Shown: in pieces, positions 11,500 to 24,307 of the stretch
How the letters are laid out: each line of letters starts with the position of its first letter
Position numbering within the stretch: the first letter of the stretch is position 1
Assembly: GCA_030704615.1 (NCBI GenBank)
Contig: CM060731.1
Span: forward strand, 29,202,001 to 29,266,000
Direction of reading: 5' to 3'
DNA: 64,000 nt
Origin: Takakia lepidozioides
Taxonomy: Eukaryota > Plantae > Bryophyta
Notes under the pieces: model-generated
The model's database searches: none
Told to the model about the DNA's origin: nothing
The model's input: the letters and a program-made list of their open reading frames with translations, nothing else
Position numbers and translations under genes: made by a program

Positions 11500-14400
11500 A
11501 TGGCCCCCCTCGCTGGCGCTTAGGTCCCTCTAAGTCCAGGTAGCCACAAGATGTGATAGTAGCCATAGCCTTACTAAGTTCTCCACCATTGTCCTTACTA
11601 CACTCAAACTCGAAGATCAAGAGCCGGGTACAAGAGTTGCCCCATCGTTAGTCGCCGTCTTGCAACCTATGAACGTGAGCCTGATATCTCGGGTATTGAC
11701 TCCTATGAGCTTGGCCTCCCATGTCTTGTTAGCTGCCACTAGTCATATCCACTGCCACTATCCCAAGCAGTGTGGACATAACCAATCTCCATCAGGAACC
11801 CTCTCAAGAGGTGGTGTCAAGATTCCCATGTGCCAACCTTGAGTATCGATCACACACCAGCATAGTGGCGGCACCACGAGCATGCCCACATAGCATGCAA
11901 CGCAATCCTGCAGGTACCACTGCAAGGTTGGGATCTATTCTCTCATCCACATGTGGAAGGTGACATGACGCACAATTACGCACGTGATCCTTCGCTTGTG
12001 TCCACACATCCGGATCATCAAGGTTGAGGACTACTGCAGCCTCCCTGCGAATAGATGCAAACAAATCCGGCTCTCGGCCAAAGAAGGAAATATGGTGAGA
12101 ATGAGGCAAGTGATGCTTGCTTGCTAAACCTATAGCCCATGGCTAATCAAGGTACCTGAAGATCCCAATCTCCTAGGTGTCCTTTTTGCAAGCCATACTT
12201 GTGCAAACCCCTCTTCACTGTCTGAATTACTCTCTCTGCCAAGCCATCGGCCTCAGGATGATCTCGAGAAGTGGTATGGTGGTCTATCAAGGCTTTATCA
12301 CACAAAGCCTAAAACTCCCCCAAGAACTCTCTCCCTTGGTCCGTGAGTACCTCAGCTGGAGCACCGAATCAGCTAAGCACACGATCCAGGAATGCATACG
12401 CAGCCCCCTCACTAGCCTTGTTAGGCAATGAAACCAACTCAATCCACTTGGAGAAGTGCTCCACCATCACCAACACATATCTGTGGTGACGCATCGTCAG
12501 TGGCAAAGGCCCTGCGAAGTCAAGACTCCACATGTAGCCCAATCCCATGATGGGTAATGGATGCAACTGTGATGTAGGGGCGTTGAATGAAGCACGTACC
12601 CTGCCACATACCATGCACCTAGCCACGAACTGTTGTACCTCTGTGTGCATACCACGCCACCAATACTACCACGCCACCAATACTGTGAGTGCGTCGCACT
12701 CCAAAATGCCCCAACTCCTCATGGGCATGCCGCACTAACCGTGCATGCTGTGTTGGGTGAGGCACGATCCTCACCCGGCCATCCTCCCATACTCGAAACA
12801 TGTGTATCCCCTTCCACTTGAACCTCTTGGCTCGTTGCAGGATCCGATCCCTCTCCTTGGCAGTCACACTAGCTGCCGTGTCTCCAGTGCGGAGGTAGTC
12901 CAACACAACCGAATCCTCATGTATATCTCTAGCACCACCTGGCTCATCACTAGCCTCCGGGTCCTCAGACACTCCGTCTACAGTCATCATTGTTGTAGGT
13001 CCAACCTAACCTCTCGATGCCAAGATACACAAAAAGACAGATGCATGCCATCCCAACACCATCTCCTCGTCCGTCTCATCATGCCACCGAGCTCCAGTGT
13101 CATCCTGCTGGCTCGTGCATGGATTGCGACTCAATCCATCCGCATCCCTATTGACCAAACCCGGTCGATGCAAAACCTGAAAGTCATACTCTTGGAGTAT
13201 AAGTGCCCACCGTGCAAGCGTCCCCGTAAGCTTGTCTGACTCCATCAACCACTTGAGTGGCTGGTGATCTGTGACAAGAGTGAAAAGATTGTCGTATAGA
13301 TAGCACCTGAAGTGTGCCACGGCCCACACTGCAACTAAGCATTCCCCCTCATATGAACTATACTTAGACTCTGCAACGTTGTTCGAGCGGCTAGCATAAG
13401 CCACTACGAACTCTCTTCCCTCATCATCCACCTATGTGAGCACCGCTCCAAGCCCCAGTATGCTCCAATCTGTATGTAGCTGAAAGGGACGCCCCCTGAT
13501 AGGTCGTCTCAAGATGGGCGCCGAGGTTAACCTCGCCTTGAGCTCCTGAAAAGCTCGCTCTTGCTCATCTTTCCACTGCCACTCCTGGTCTACCTTGGTC
13601 AGCTTGGTTAGAGCCTTTGCAATAGCATTAAATCCCTTGACAAACCGTCCATAGTAGTTTGCCAACCCCATGAAAGCTCGAACTCGGCTCACATCCGTGG
13701 GGCGTGGAATCTGTGCGATGGCCTCTACCCCTAGTCTGCTGCACCTCCAATCCTCCAGGATATATCATGTGGCCCAGATACTCAATCTGGTTGTGGAAGA
13801 ACTTGCACTTCCCCGGATATAATTTCAATCCGTGCGCTCTCAAGCGCTCAAACACCACCTAAAGGTGTCTCTCGTGCTCCTCCACCGTAGCACTAAAGAT
13901 GATGATGACACCAATGTAGCACCGAGCAAAGTCTACCCCTGCTAGAATCCTGTCCATGATTCTCTGGAACTCTGCAGGAGCGTTCTTAAGCTCGAATGGT
14001 AAGAACCGCCACTGATATAGACAATCCTTCCCATGCTCATTGATCCCCCAGAATTTCGTCTTCTGCTTGTCCGCCTCCTTGATCGGCAACTGGTGATATC
14101 CGGACCGCAAGTCCAAAGTACTAAAGACCTTAGCATGCCCAATGACATCAAAGATCTCATCAGGTGTGGGCATGGCATATTTATCGGACTTGGTCTGACG
14201 ATTAACAGGCCGGTAATCACCGCACATTTCTCCGTCCAATTGCCATAGACATCCTTTTTGGCTGGCATCACCGTGGCTGAAGCATACTCTCCACCAGAGA
14301 GCTCCACCAAACCAGCCTCCCAGAGATCTTGAGTCCTCATCTGAATCAAAGACCTCTCCATGTCACTGTATCTATAGGGTCTCCGAAAGACTGGCGTGTC

Positions 14401-14670
14401 CGTGGCCAACTCAATACGAATCTCCTGACCCTTCAGTGTTCCCAAATCCTTCAAACTAAAGGCAAAATAATTCCTGTAAGCCCTCAGGAACCGCCGTATA
14501 CGTCGTCTCTCTCCTCCAGTGATAATGGGTCCAATGTCAGGCTCCCAATTGTCCTCCGTAACTGCAACCTTAAGTCCAGCAGACTTAGAGGTACAGGACG
14601 TGTCCCGTGGCTATGTGGCAACCTCTTGAGCAATACTCCCTGCCTGCTCAGTGAATGACAAGGCCTCATC
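11500..14670 (-). mobile_element. 5'-truncated degenerate Ty3/gypsy pol: RT-RNase H-integrase-PHD finger
   Basis: RT (DYRPVN...TLDLRSGYHQ...LKNAPAEFQRIMD), RNase H (FQLHTDWS, AYASRS, YEGECL, TDHQPLKWL), integrase (HEELGHFG, CMVC, WSLDFAGPLP) and a C-terminal PHD (CMLC...CDR / WHMG.LTPPLERVPDGDWLCPHC); many stops and frameshifts. Confidence 0.9.
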
Positions 14671-16141
14671 CTGCCCTATTAGTTAGTTGTTCATATCACA
14701 AGATAAACTTTTGTCAATTGACACGTCTGGTCTATTGTTAAGCATATCATTTGCCTTCTGTAGTGAGCTTGTTGCCAAGTTTCCTTTCCGTGTCCAAATG
14801 CTACAACTCAGTTTCTCTGGGTCGGAAATTTTTTCTTTGTTATGCACTAAGCATTGTGTCACAACATACATCGATGTCCAACCACTCATTCTAAGCACAC
14901 AATGCTGGAAGACTATGCCAAGATGATAAGAGAAGAATTCACTCTATCACTTTATATAGGTCAAGCCAATGACACCTTTGCTAAAGAACTCCATCGTATA
15001 GACCTCACCAATAGAGCTCCATCTCAAGTACTAGAGCAATGGCTGCATGAGGGAGGCCTCCCGAGGCCAGACTAGGAAAGACTAGCCTTCCTTAGCCTCA
15101 TGTGGAGATAACTCTCTCCAAGTTCAAAGGAGACTTGCCACCTCACTTGGCACATGGAACCAAGGGAAATCCCAATGCGTTGATCATGCAACACAATTGT
15201 CACCATATGCCTAGAAAAGGTTCCTGCGATTATGAGGCCGACGGTGCTGTTTCGAACAGGTATCGAGCACACGTGGTTTCCACAAGGACCAAAAGAAGAA
15301 ATTATTGAAAGACAATCCTCCAAGCAGCTAACAATATGCCGCAAGGCAAAGTGGCTCTCAGTTACTTCTGCTTCGGCCGGAGGCTTCGCAATGCAACCGT
15401 CTCAAAAGCTTAGCTCTTGCATAACCTATGCTCCTACTTTCCTCCTTGTGTACCTCTTGAAGTAAGTGGGACGTTTCATGGTTCTAGGAAACTTGCTGTC
15501 ATACAGTTTCTTGTTGTATATTGCCTTGAGCATCTCTAACGAGTCAGCTGGAGTGAATGGTATATCTTTTTGGGGTTGTAGTGAAGTTTAAGTAAATGAG
15601 TAAGAGAAAGACTGGAAACATTCGCAATTGGAAGGGACTTCGCTACTGGAATCGATCGTCAATCTTTTCAGTAATGGCTTGTCCTTTGTACATTGGAGCC
15701 ATCTCCTGCAAAGGAAGTTGCTTGCCAGGTCGCAGCACCCATTGTTCTATGCATCTTCTGCAACTGTACCAGCCACCTCCCTTTGTGCCATCTCAGCGAA
15801 AGGTATGCTTGACATCTTGGCAGGTTCTTGGCAGAGGGGTTCCGCCCTGGGAGGGGAAGTCTGAGGGTACTCACGAAAGGCTCTTTACACTACAGGTAGA
15901 TCATTTTATGCAGTGAAGGGGGTCGATTGAACTACCTGGGTGCACTTCGATTTTTAGCACCCCGTACCTAGCACAGGCTCACCTAACCTCACTGTCATAT
16001 ACAAAAGGAGCGCTCCCAACTGTTCTGTTTCTTTGGGTTTGAGATTTTGCTGACTAATGTACAAATTGTTCCCCATGTGTTGTCAATGTATCAACCCAAA
16101 ACTCCGAATCTTGTGATGGTTCTGGCATAAGTCTAAGCTTT

Positions 16142-18892
16142 CTATGTACTTTCCAAAAAGCTGAACACGATTTGGTTGTATGCCTTGGGTGTTTCCAACT
16201 GGGGACAATGCCCACACTTCTTCATTACCACCAGTTCTGCTGCTGGGCCCAAGTGCCTGTTTCCCCCAAGTCATCCCATCATCACCACTGGTCAGACAGA
16301 CGGCATGTGTGGCTATACCAGAAACTTAGATGTATGAGTCAAAAATCCGGTTGGATAACAGGGCTTGCAGATCTTGTGTTAATCTAAAGAGGTACATGAG
16401 GAAGAGAACAGTATTTTCTGTATATTAACCATCCTTGAGGTTAGTCAAGTTCATAAGTACAAAAGAAGACCGCCTAATCTGTGTTGAGACTCTACCCTGA
16501 TCAGCTGGCTTCTGAGGAAGCTTATCTACCCATCAATCTTCTTTGCAGAAGAGAATCCACCTCATTCTTGAAAGGTGTACCCACCTTGTCATCCTACATT
16601 GCACACATGGAAAGTCTTGTGCCATATGGTGAGGATGGTCGAAAGTTTTGAATGCATTTTAATCCGCACTCTTTTGAAGTGGGAGGGTCCCATTGTCACT
16701 GCACCTCTTTTCGCTTCATTCAAGAAGCTTTTTGGATAGCAACACAAAGCTCATGTGTCCCTCCTGGAATCAATGTTCTGCCTGAGTTGCACCACCGGCA
16801 AAGTGGAGACAAGGCATCATTTCTCGCGTCCCACAAGATCTGGGGTAGATATTGGTGTCTTCTGAGAGTCTTCTTACCATGCTTTCATAGTAGTTCGGTA
16901 ATCTTTTTCTTATGACCAGATATTTATTTTTCTACTTGCATCCCTTCACCCTTTGGGGCTCCCACACAAGGATTAAATTCTTTGTTTCTCTCCAAAACTG
17001 GCAGATGGGAAAACCTGCAGCGGGAGGACCGCCTATGCCCTGCTTGCACAGGGCGCAACCAGGAAATTGAAACTGAAGAACACTTCTTCTTCTATTGCCC
17101 CCTATACCATGAGATCCGTGGGAGATTCCATTGTCTATTCCGTGGAACCCAATCTCTCACTGAAGTCTTCCACTATGAGGATCAGAAATGTTTGGCAGCC
17201 TACCTGCACGAGGCATTCACCTTAGACAATCACTCGAACAATAGTTCTTTTCTCTGACTCTGGTTTTCCTATTTTCTCTCATGTTCTTCCTTCCACTTTG
17301 TCCCATAAGCTCTATGAGCTTTCCGCGGACGTTATAAAGCACCATTTCATTTCATTTCATTTCTCCTTTGGAAGATACCAATTAAGGTTCAACCAGGATC
17401 AACAGTAGTACTGAGGAAGAATACTCACTTCTGTAGGTTGAAAGCAAGATCCAAATTGAAGATCTCATCATGCTCGCCCCATACTATCAACATCTTCTCC
17501 TGCAGGGATGTGCACAATCCAGACTTCAGAGCACACCATATATCCAAAAACACTGTGAATTCCATCCAGTGCATGCACACTTCAAGATAACCTTAATTCG
17601 AATAATGGTTGCCTGTGGAATCAAGAAGCCATGATTCCACTCAATTCACAACTGACATACAATAGACCTTTTATTCCCATCTGCCACTGAATGCTGCAAA
17701 AATCTGGCCAGCTTCAACATCCGAGGTAATGATTTGCAAGTCTGAAATCTAACATCCTCCCAACTGTGGGGAGACAAATATGTAATGCCCATTATGGACC
17801 AAGAAGAGTCTACTGTAATCTAACCTTTGCAAAAGACATAAGGTCCTGTGTGATGAGCTCATGATTGAAACATGTACATGAAGTAACAAACCTGTGTCAG
17901 CTTTGGAAGAGGGAACGCCTGTTCAGTCCCAATGACAAGCCCATCAAGCAATTCCAGTTTCTCTTGTCGATTATTTTCGCACAGCACCTTCATCACCCAT
18001 CCATTGCCACACAATCCCCACCAAATTAGCCTCCTTACCTGCTTTTGCGAGTCTGGACGATGCTACAGCAGAGTTCGCATTCACACATGTGAATTTAGTA
18101 TGCACACTGATCATTTCAAAAGACTTCGATCGAACGAACTACACATTTTTTCTCCAAAAACTAAGGTAGCTGCAACTGCCGGCATAGGTTGAAATCAAGT
18201 AAGTGCAAACGCCTGCACAAGTAGAAGCTTACATCCAGCATATCTTGATAGATGAAGTCAGGTAAGCGAATCGTTCGGTACACGGCAACACTGAGTGCTG
18301 TTCTCAGTCCCTGTACTGTAGTAGGCAACAAAATCTCTGAAATGTGAGAATAATGGCACTTCGCTAACAACGCGTCGTTCGTGGTCGGAACCATGCACAC
18401 CCCAGAGTCGGAGAACACTATTTTGTTCACGAATTTGGGGTACAGATGGGCCATGCGGAAAGCAACCATGCCACCATAACTGGTGCCCACCACATTGACC
18501 TCATTCTGTACCCCCAGAAGCTGCAGCATCTTGACTAAGCACTTGGCCTGGAATGACTCTGACCGCTGCTTGCTTTTGGAGGTCGATTCTCCAAAGAAGA
18601 TTAGATCAGGTACATAAACATGGAATTTCTTCACAAAAGCACCAATTTGGTGTTCCCAACCTATCGTCCCGTTGGCTGAAAAGCCATGAATGAATAAGAG
18701 GGCAGGTTTGTCTGCGGTGGGTACTGACCATACCCCCTTCTCCGGTCTGGGCGGGGTTGGAACCCAGCAGTGCACGATGGTCCCATCGTCGATTTCGATG
18801 AGCTCCGACTGGAGACCACACGATCGGTAATGGTGCCGCAGCATTCTCAACTTCAACTCCACTAAACTGAGATTGAAACAATTCCCCCCCAT
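16142..18892 (-). CDS. Alpha/beta-hydrolase fold protein (ABHD6/monoacylglycerol-lipase-like), 4 exons
   Basis: Exons 18892-18233, 17987-17892, 17499-17429 and 16256-16142 splice in frame with GT-AG. IHGF motif, nucleophile GTSYGG, acid WGEHDEIF, His GHCPQLETP, stop at 16142. Confidence 0.92.
16990..17362 (+). mobile_element. 3' fragment of a LINE in hydrolase intron 3
   Basis: TGRW...REDRLCPAC...ETEEHFFFYCPLY (post-RT CCHC zinc knuckle), followed by a short 3' UTR and a (CATTT)n tail at ~17343-17362. Confidence 0.75.
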
Positions 18893-21800
18893 TGCCCCTC
18901 GCTTATTCCTTCAACAGTCTTCTCAGAATGCGCAGATGGAACTCCTTCTATCACCAGTGTTGGAGTCTTTGGATCACCGGCTCAGGCTGTTAGTTACGCA
19001 CATCGAAGTGATGATCTACTGGAATCGGCTAGCTCCGGCGAAAAGATGTGACTCGAGAATTTGGATAGAGAGAAAGACACTTCCACAAGATGAAAAGGAG
19101 ATACAGAGAGTGCAGCCTGAGGCAACGCTAGTTTTACAACTCTAGACAAGTCCACTGGAATACGAGAAAAACAACTGGTGGACATCACAGCATGTTTCAG
19201 ACCCCGATTCGAGCTTGATAATCTACACTTGGAGCTTACAAGAATTCTACGAGGGTGCTACTTGTAAATGTGTCCTCGCGAGAGTACTTGGTTCCACGTT
19301 CAGACAATCATATCTCTCCAACCGAAATCGCGGAAAGCCGTGAGAAAGTAGCTGGACACCTGCTTGTCACAAGAACAACACAAAATCACAAGATGCTCTG
19401 AAAGAAATCACACACCACGTCTTCTTTCATTTTTTCAAATCCGCTGGACGTGTGGCAACCGTACAAACTTTAATTGCGGCAGTTTGGTAAAAGTAGAGAT
19501 TTGCGCACGTTTGGATCAGAGACACTTTCGGTTTGGTGGTCCTCACGACATTTGCGTGCTTCCTCTATATCTATGGGCCGTGACCTTTGTCTTGGAATGA
19601 GTTCTCTACTACCCAACTAGCTTCAATGTCGATAATGGGATAACAATTGTAGGGATGAAAGGAGCCTGGCTAAAAGTTAAAAGATCCTGAGCAACAATAT
19701 GCGTGATAGATCGTGGGATCACTCGTGTGCTAACATCAGGGAGTTTCTCAAGTCTTTCGTATGCAAATCATTGGTTCTCAGACTGTTTTGACTCGTTATA
19801 ATCGCTGCAGACTCCATTGATAGTCAACGCGCTCAGCAAAGATGCTGGAAGGGGCCCCGTTGACATCATCTAGAACGATAAGGGAGACCAAACTCCAGAC
19901 ACGTGAAATCATTTAGAACGTACTCTCTAGGATCGAAAGATGCTCGAGGACCCACCACGAAGAGGAAAACAAGAGAGAGTGACTGTAATGCTCTGTAGAC
20001 TCTGGGGCTTATTATGTACAAGTAAAAGGTGGCGGCTTCCCCATGACCAGGTCGTGGCACACGCCGCACACTCTGTCCACCATTGAAGCCGGAGTTGAGT
20101 CAACACTCTGTCTGTGCCTCCTTGCTTCTTCCCGAATCCCCCCCATCTCAACGTTGGGGGCATTGGTTGACAGTGCACTTTAAGTCACCTCACTCGGCTC
20201 TCAAATCCTGCCACCTACATATGATAATCCCCCCCCACGAGGCTTCCAGGTGTTTCCCTAGTGGAAGTAAAAAGAAAGAATGTTCAATATGGTTTGCAAA
20301 AAATTCGCCTCAGAGTATAGGCTACTGATCTACTGCACCCTCTGTCCCTTATTAAGGGGCACAAGCTTTGCCTCGTGTTGAAGTCAATAGAGAAAATCCG
20401 GTCAAGCAACCATGTTTACAAGTCAACAATCCAGCAACCCCGGAAAGAGCAATGAGGATGAGAGCATGTTCAAGAAGCATTGTGATGTAGATAGTCTTGG
20501 AATCCAATCATTCCAAGCGTGGCATAGGATGAATGATCGATCTGCACCCACATATGTGAAATACAACTAGACATCTAATAATGTATCCCAGCATCTTCGG
20601 AGAGCATCACACCGCAATGGTTACTTAATTTGGTGAGTCAACATTGGTCAAGAAAAACAAAAACTCGGATGCTGAGACAAGTTTCAGGGTCTCATCAGCG
20701 CATCTCCCAACGCCAAATGACTGAGCACTTCAGAAAAAAATACTTGGCAGCATGACAATTGCACAGTCGGAAGGAGTACGAGATGTCTGCTTCCGTGGAA
20801 AATGCGAGAGCGGGACATTATCCCACTACATACCTTTGCCGATGCAGCTGACACCCACAAAAATTGTACAGAATGGGGAGAGGATTACACGTTCCCCTAT
20901 AACCTCTACAAATTCTGCTGACACCCACAGTTTAACAGCTGCGGAGAAGATAGAGAAGAAGACGAGAATGCAGTGTTCCAAAATAGAGAAGAAACAAATC
21001 AAGGACAGTTATGCACAAGGCCCCTTGCCCGGTGGTCCATTCTTCCTGTTGATTTTCAGATCCAATGCGCAAAGTCACTTCACGAGCAGTATCCACGGTG
21101 CGGTTGATCTTTCGCATTGGGGTACTAGCTAAGTGTTTCATATGTTACAGTCTAACCTCTCATACCTGCAAATAAGGAGAAATCTAGATTATTTGGCAGT
21201 TGCATTTCGAGTACTGGCGGTCTCTAGTCCTTGCATGATCCGGCTTCACATTGCGTTTGCGCCTTCAGTACTTACATTCCTTGATCGTCCGAATGCCCAC
21301 TCCTGGGGTCAGTACATGACACGCTCTGCAAACAGGATGACATTGCTCACGTTCTCCTTTATCACAAACATGAGATGGTCAGCCATACCTGCCACACCCG
21401 AAATTGGAAGGTTCTCAAGTTGTGTGAACAAGGCCAACAACAAACAGCTACAAAATGTCACTAGTGTGCCCTTCATAGAGTTGTGTGTTCTGTAACACTG
21501 GCAGCACTTGGGCATCAAACCATATCTTTGAAATTCAGATGTACATGAATTGCATACAGTCAATCACGATGAAGCTTCATCCTGCTTCACTAATTCGTTG
21601 TTCTTATCAAGCCCATTGAAATACCATGTGCAAACCTTGCTTAATAATCATGTTGATCTAGGTGGCAAGCAACCTGACTTTTCACCAAGCTGACCGTTCA
21701 CTGCACTCCAAAGCAGCACTGATGATCCACTACATTGGCCAAGGCGTTGAAAACAATTCTGTGAGCATGTCATTTTGGGAGAAGGGAAGTCAAGACTTTT

Positions 21801-22006
21801 GTACAGTAGCTAATCCACGAGAATGCGCAAAGGCGAGGGAAGCAAGTTGCATTTATTAACTCCATGCATCGTGTGTCTTTTCTATAGCAGGTTTCAGATA
21901 CCATTTATTCCATCTTTGTATAATTGATTTATGTGCCACATCATGCACCTGGAGCATCACCCTGCGCATGTGCAAAAATGGCCTTCTTTCTAAACTGTTG
22001 CTTGTT

Positions 22007-24307
22007 TCACCAGTAGTCCCCGCAGGAACAAACCCCGTTTTCAAAATGGTGAAAGCGGTTGGCATCCCGTACAACAATTGCTCGCCCAACAATCTTTGAA
22101 ATGAATTTGGTGGCCGTGTGGCAGTCACCACAAACCCGGAGGTTCTTGATGATGCGGATAGGTGTTCCAGGGGGTGTGCTTTGGAGCCCAAAAGCAATGG
22201 CCAGCTTCTCGCTGTGGTAGCAAAGAGAAAGTTCCTTTTGCTGCTCCTCCATATCACGCAACACAGAGCGTGTGTCAGGCAAGTAACCGGCCTGCTTCAT
22301 CTTCTCAGACAAATTTTTCAGCTCCGCATGGATTTCCTCAATTTTTGGATGCCATACATCACCTGCAACGAATGTGTGCACACGGTTGTCAACCTCAATG
22401 GAGCAGCGACCTCCCTCCTTTCTGACACCTCTGTCATTCATCATTTTCCTCACCTTTGCAGCATCATCCCATCTGCCAGCAGCAGCATAGATGTTTGATA
22501 GTACCACATAAGTTGCTGCGTCCTGTGGATCACACTGGAAAAGGCATTTTGCCGCATGTTCTGCCACCTCCATATTGCCATGAATTCTGCAGGCACCAAG
22601 CAAGGCCCCCCAAACGACAGCACCTGGTTGGACTGGCATATTGTCAATAAATTCCACTGCCTCATCCAATCGCCCTGCACGACCAAAAAGGTCCACCATG
22701 CAGCCCAAATGCTCCACTCTAGGAGTGAGGCCATGATCTCTACTCATGGAAGCAAAGTAGTGACGGCCTTCCTCCACCAAACCCACCTGACTGCATGCAG
22801 AGAGAAGAGATGTAAAGGTGATAGAGTTTGGTTTCAAACCTTCCTGCTGCATTTGTTCAAATAATTGCAGGACCTCCATACCACACCCATGTTGAGCATA
22901 TCCCGCGATCATTGCACTCCACGAGATCACATCTCGTTCAACCATGTTGTCAAAAACTTGACGTGCATCCTTTATGTTCCCACATTTAGCATACATATTG
23001 ATAAGGACATTCTCCAAGTTTATATATGACACAATTCCAGCTCTGACGATGTCAGCATGGACCTCTTTGCCCTTTCTCAGGTCTGCCAGGCTGGCACAAG
23101 CCTTGAGAATACAAATGAACGTGACCCTGTCGGGTGTCACTCCTTCCCATATCATTCGCTCATAGATGTCCAGAGCCTCCCTACCACACCCAGACTGTGC
23201 ATATCCTGCACACATGGCATTCCATGAGATAACATCTCGCTTAGCCATATTATCAAACACTTTGCGGGCATCCTTTATGCTCCCGCATTTAGCATACATA
23301 TCAACGAGGGTATTGTCCAGAATGATATCTGGAGGAATTCCAGCTTTGATGATGGTAGTGTGGACCGCAACGCCCTTGTCCAGGGCTGCCAGGCTGGCAC
23401 ATGCATTGAGAACGCAGATGAATGTGACCCTGTCGGGCATCACCTCTTCCCTGATCATTTGCTCATAGGCCTCCAAAGCCTCCCTACCACACCCATGCTG
23501 AGCATATCCTGAGATCAATGCACTCCATGAAACCACATTTCGTTCAGCCATGCTCTCAAACACTTGACGTGCATCCTTAATGTTCCCACATTTGGCATAC
23601 ATGTCAACAAGGGCCGTTTCTAGAATGACATCTGGTGCAATTCCAGTGTTGATGATGTCACCATGGACCTCTATGCCCTTTCCCAGGGCTGCCTGGCTGG
23701 CACACGCATTGAGAACACAAATGAACGTGACCCTGTTGGGCGTCACCCCTTCTCTTATCATCTGCTCATAAATCTCAAAGGCCTCCCTACCACACCCACG
23801 CTTGGCATACCCTGCCATCATCATAGTCCACGTAAACACATCTCGTTCAGGCATTTTATCAAAAACTAGGCGTGCATCCACCACACTTCCACACTTGGCA
23901 TACATGTTGACCAGGGTGTTGAGTAGAAACCTGTTGGGTATGAATCCACTTTCAATCATGTGGGCATGCACCTGCTTTCCCTCTGATAGGCCTTTCATCC
24001 TGATGCATGCCTGCAAGAGACACACATAAGTTTCGTAATTTGCTGAACTGCATCCTTGGTTTAAACTGTGTAGCGCCTCTTTTAGTTGTCCTGCCTTACA
24101 CAGCCCCCTCACATCCTCACAAGTCCCAAAAGAGTCCTCTTTTAGTCCCTCTGTTGGTCTGCTTTTGAAAGCATTGGTGATGGTGGCGCCTGATTCGAAT
24201 GACTGTTCCTGCTTCAACTCTGCCATCCTGCATGATTCAATACTGTTAGTTTGACACTCCAGGCTAGCAGAGTATACCTGAAAAGTTATAGAGGTGCGTG
24301 CTTGCAA
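22007..24307 (-). CDS. PLS-class pentatricopeptide repeat protein with E and DYW deaminase domains (organellar C-to-U editing factor)
   Basis: 766-codon ORF with repeated P-L-S triplets (LVDMYAKCG, DVISWxAMIAGYAQ), E domain, HSEKLAIAFGL, CGDCH and terminal CSCGDYW. The true start is uncertain: acceptor at ~24278, first in-frame ATG at ~24226. Confidence 0.95.
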   Translation of the reverse strand: MQARTSITFQVYSASLECQTNSIESCRMAELKQEQSFESGATITNAFKSRPTEGLKEDSFGTCEDVRGLCKAGQLKEALHSLNQGCSSANYETYVCLLQACIRMKGLSEGKQVHAHMIESGFIPNRFLLNTLVNMYAKCGSVVDARLVFDKMPERDVFTWTMMMAGYAKRGCGREAFEIYEQMIREGVTPNRVTFICVLNACASQAALGKGIEVHGDIINTGIAPDVILETALVDMYAKCGNIKDARQVFESMAERNVVSWSALISGYAQHGCGREALEAYEQMIREEVMPDRVTFICVLNACASLAALDKGVAVHTTIIKAGIPPDIILDNTLVDMYAKCGSIKDARKVFDNMAKRDVISWNAMCAGYAQSGCGREALDIYERMIWEGVTPDRVTFICILKACASLADLRKGKEVHADIVRAGIVSYINLENVLINMYAKCGNIKDARQVFDNMVERDVISWSAMIAGYAQHGCGMEVLQLFEQMQQEGLKPNSITFTSLLSACSQVGLVEEGRHYFASMSRDHGLTPRVEHLGCMVDLFGRAGRLDEAVEFIDNMPVQPGAVVWGALLGACRIHGNMEVAEHAAKCLFQCDPQDAATYVVLSNIYAAAGRWDDAAKVRKMMNDRGVRKEGGRCSIEVDNRVHTFVAGDVWHPKIEEIHAELKNLSEKMKQAGYLPDTRSVLRDMEEQQKELSLCYHSEKLAIAFGLQSTPPGTPIRIIKNLRVCGDCHTATKFISKIVGRAIVVRDANRFHHFENGVCSCGDYW

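Noticed and set aside
14680-15920. Short ORFs right of the gypsy pol, considered as the missing Crypton N-terminus or gag
   Set aside because: No recognisable motifs in any frame.
19300-21900. Scattered 60-130 aa ORFs between the hydrolase and PPR genes
   Set aside because: No domain similarity or coherent exon chain; probably intergenic or UTR.
22118-24029. Many + strand ORFs over the PPR gene
   Set aside because: Antisense shadows of the repetitive PPR coding sequence.
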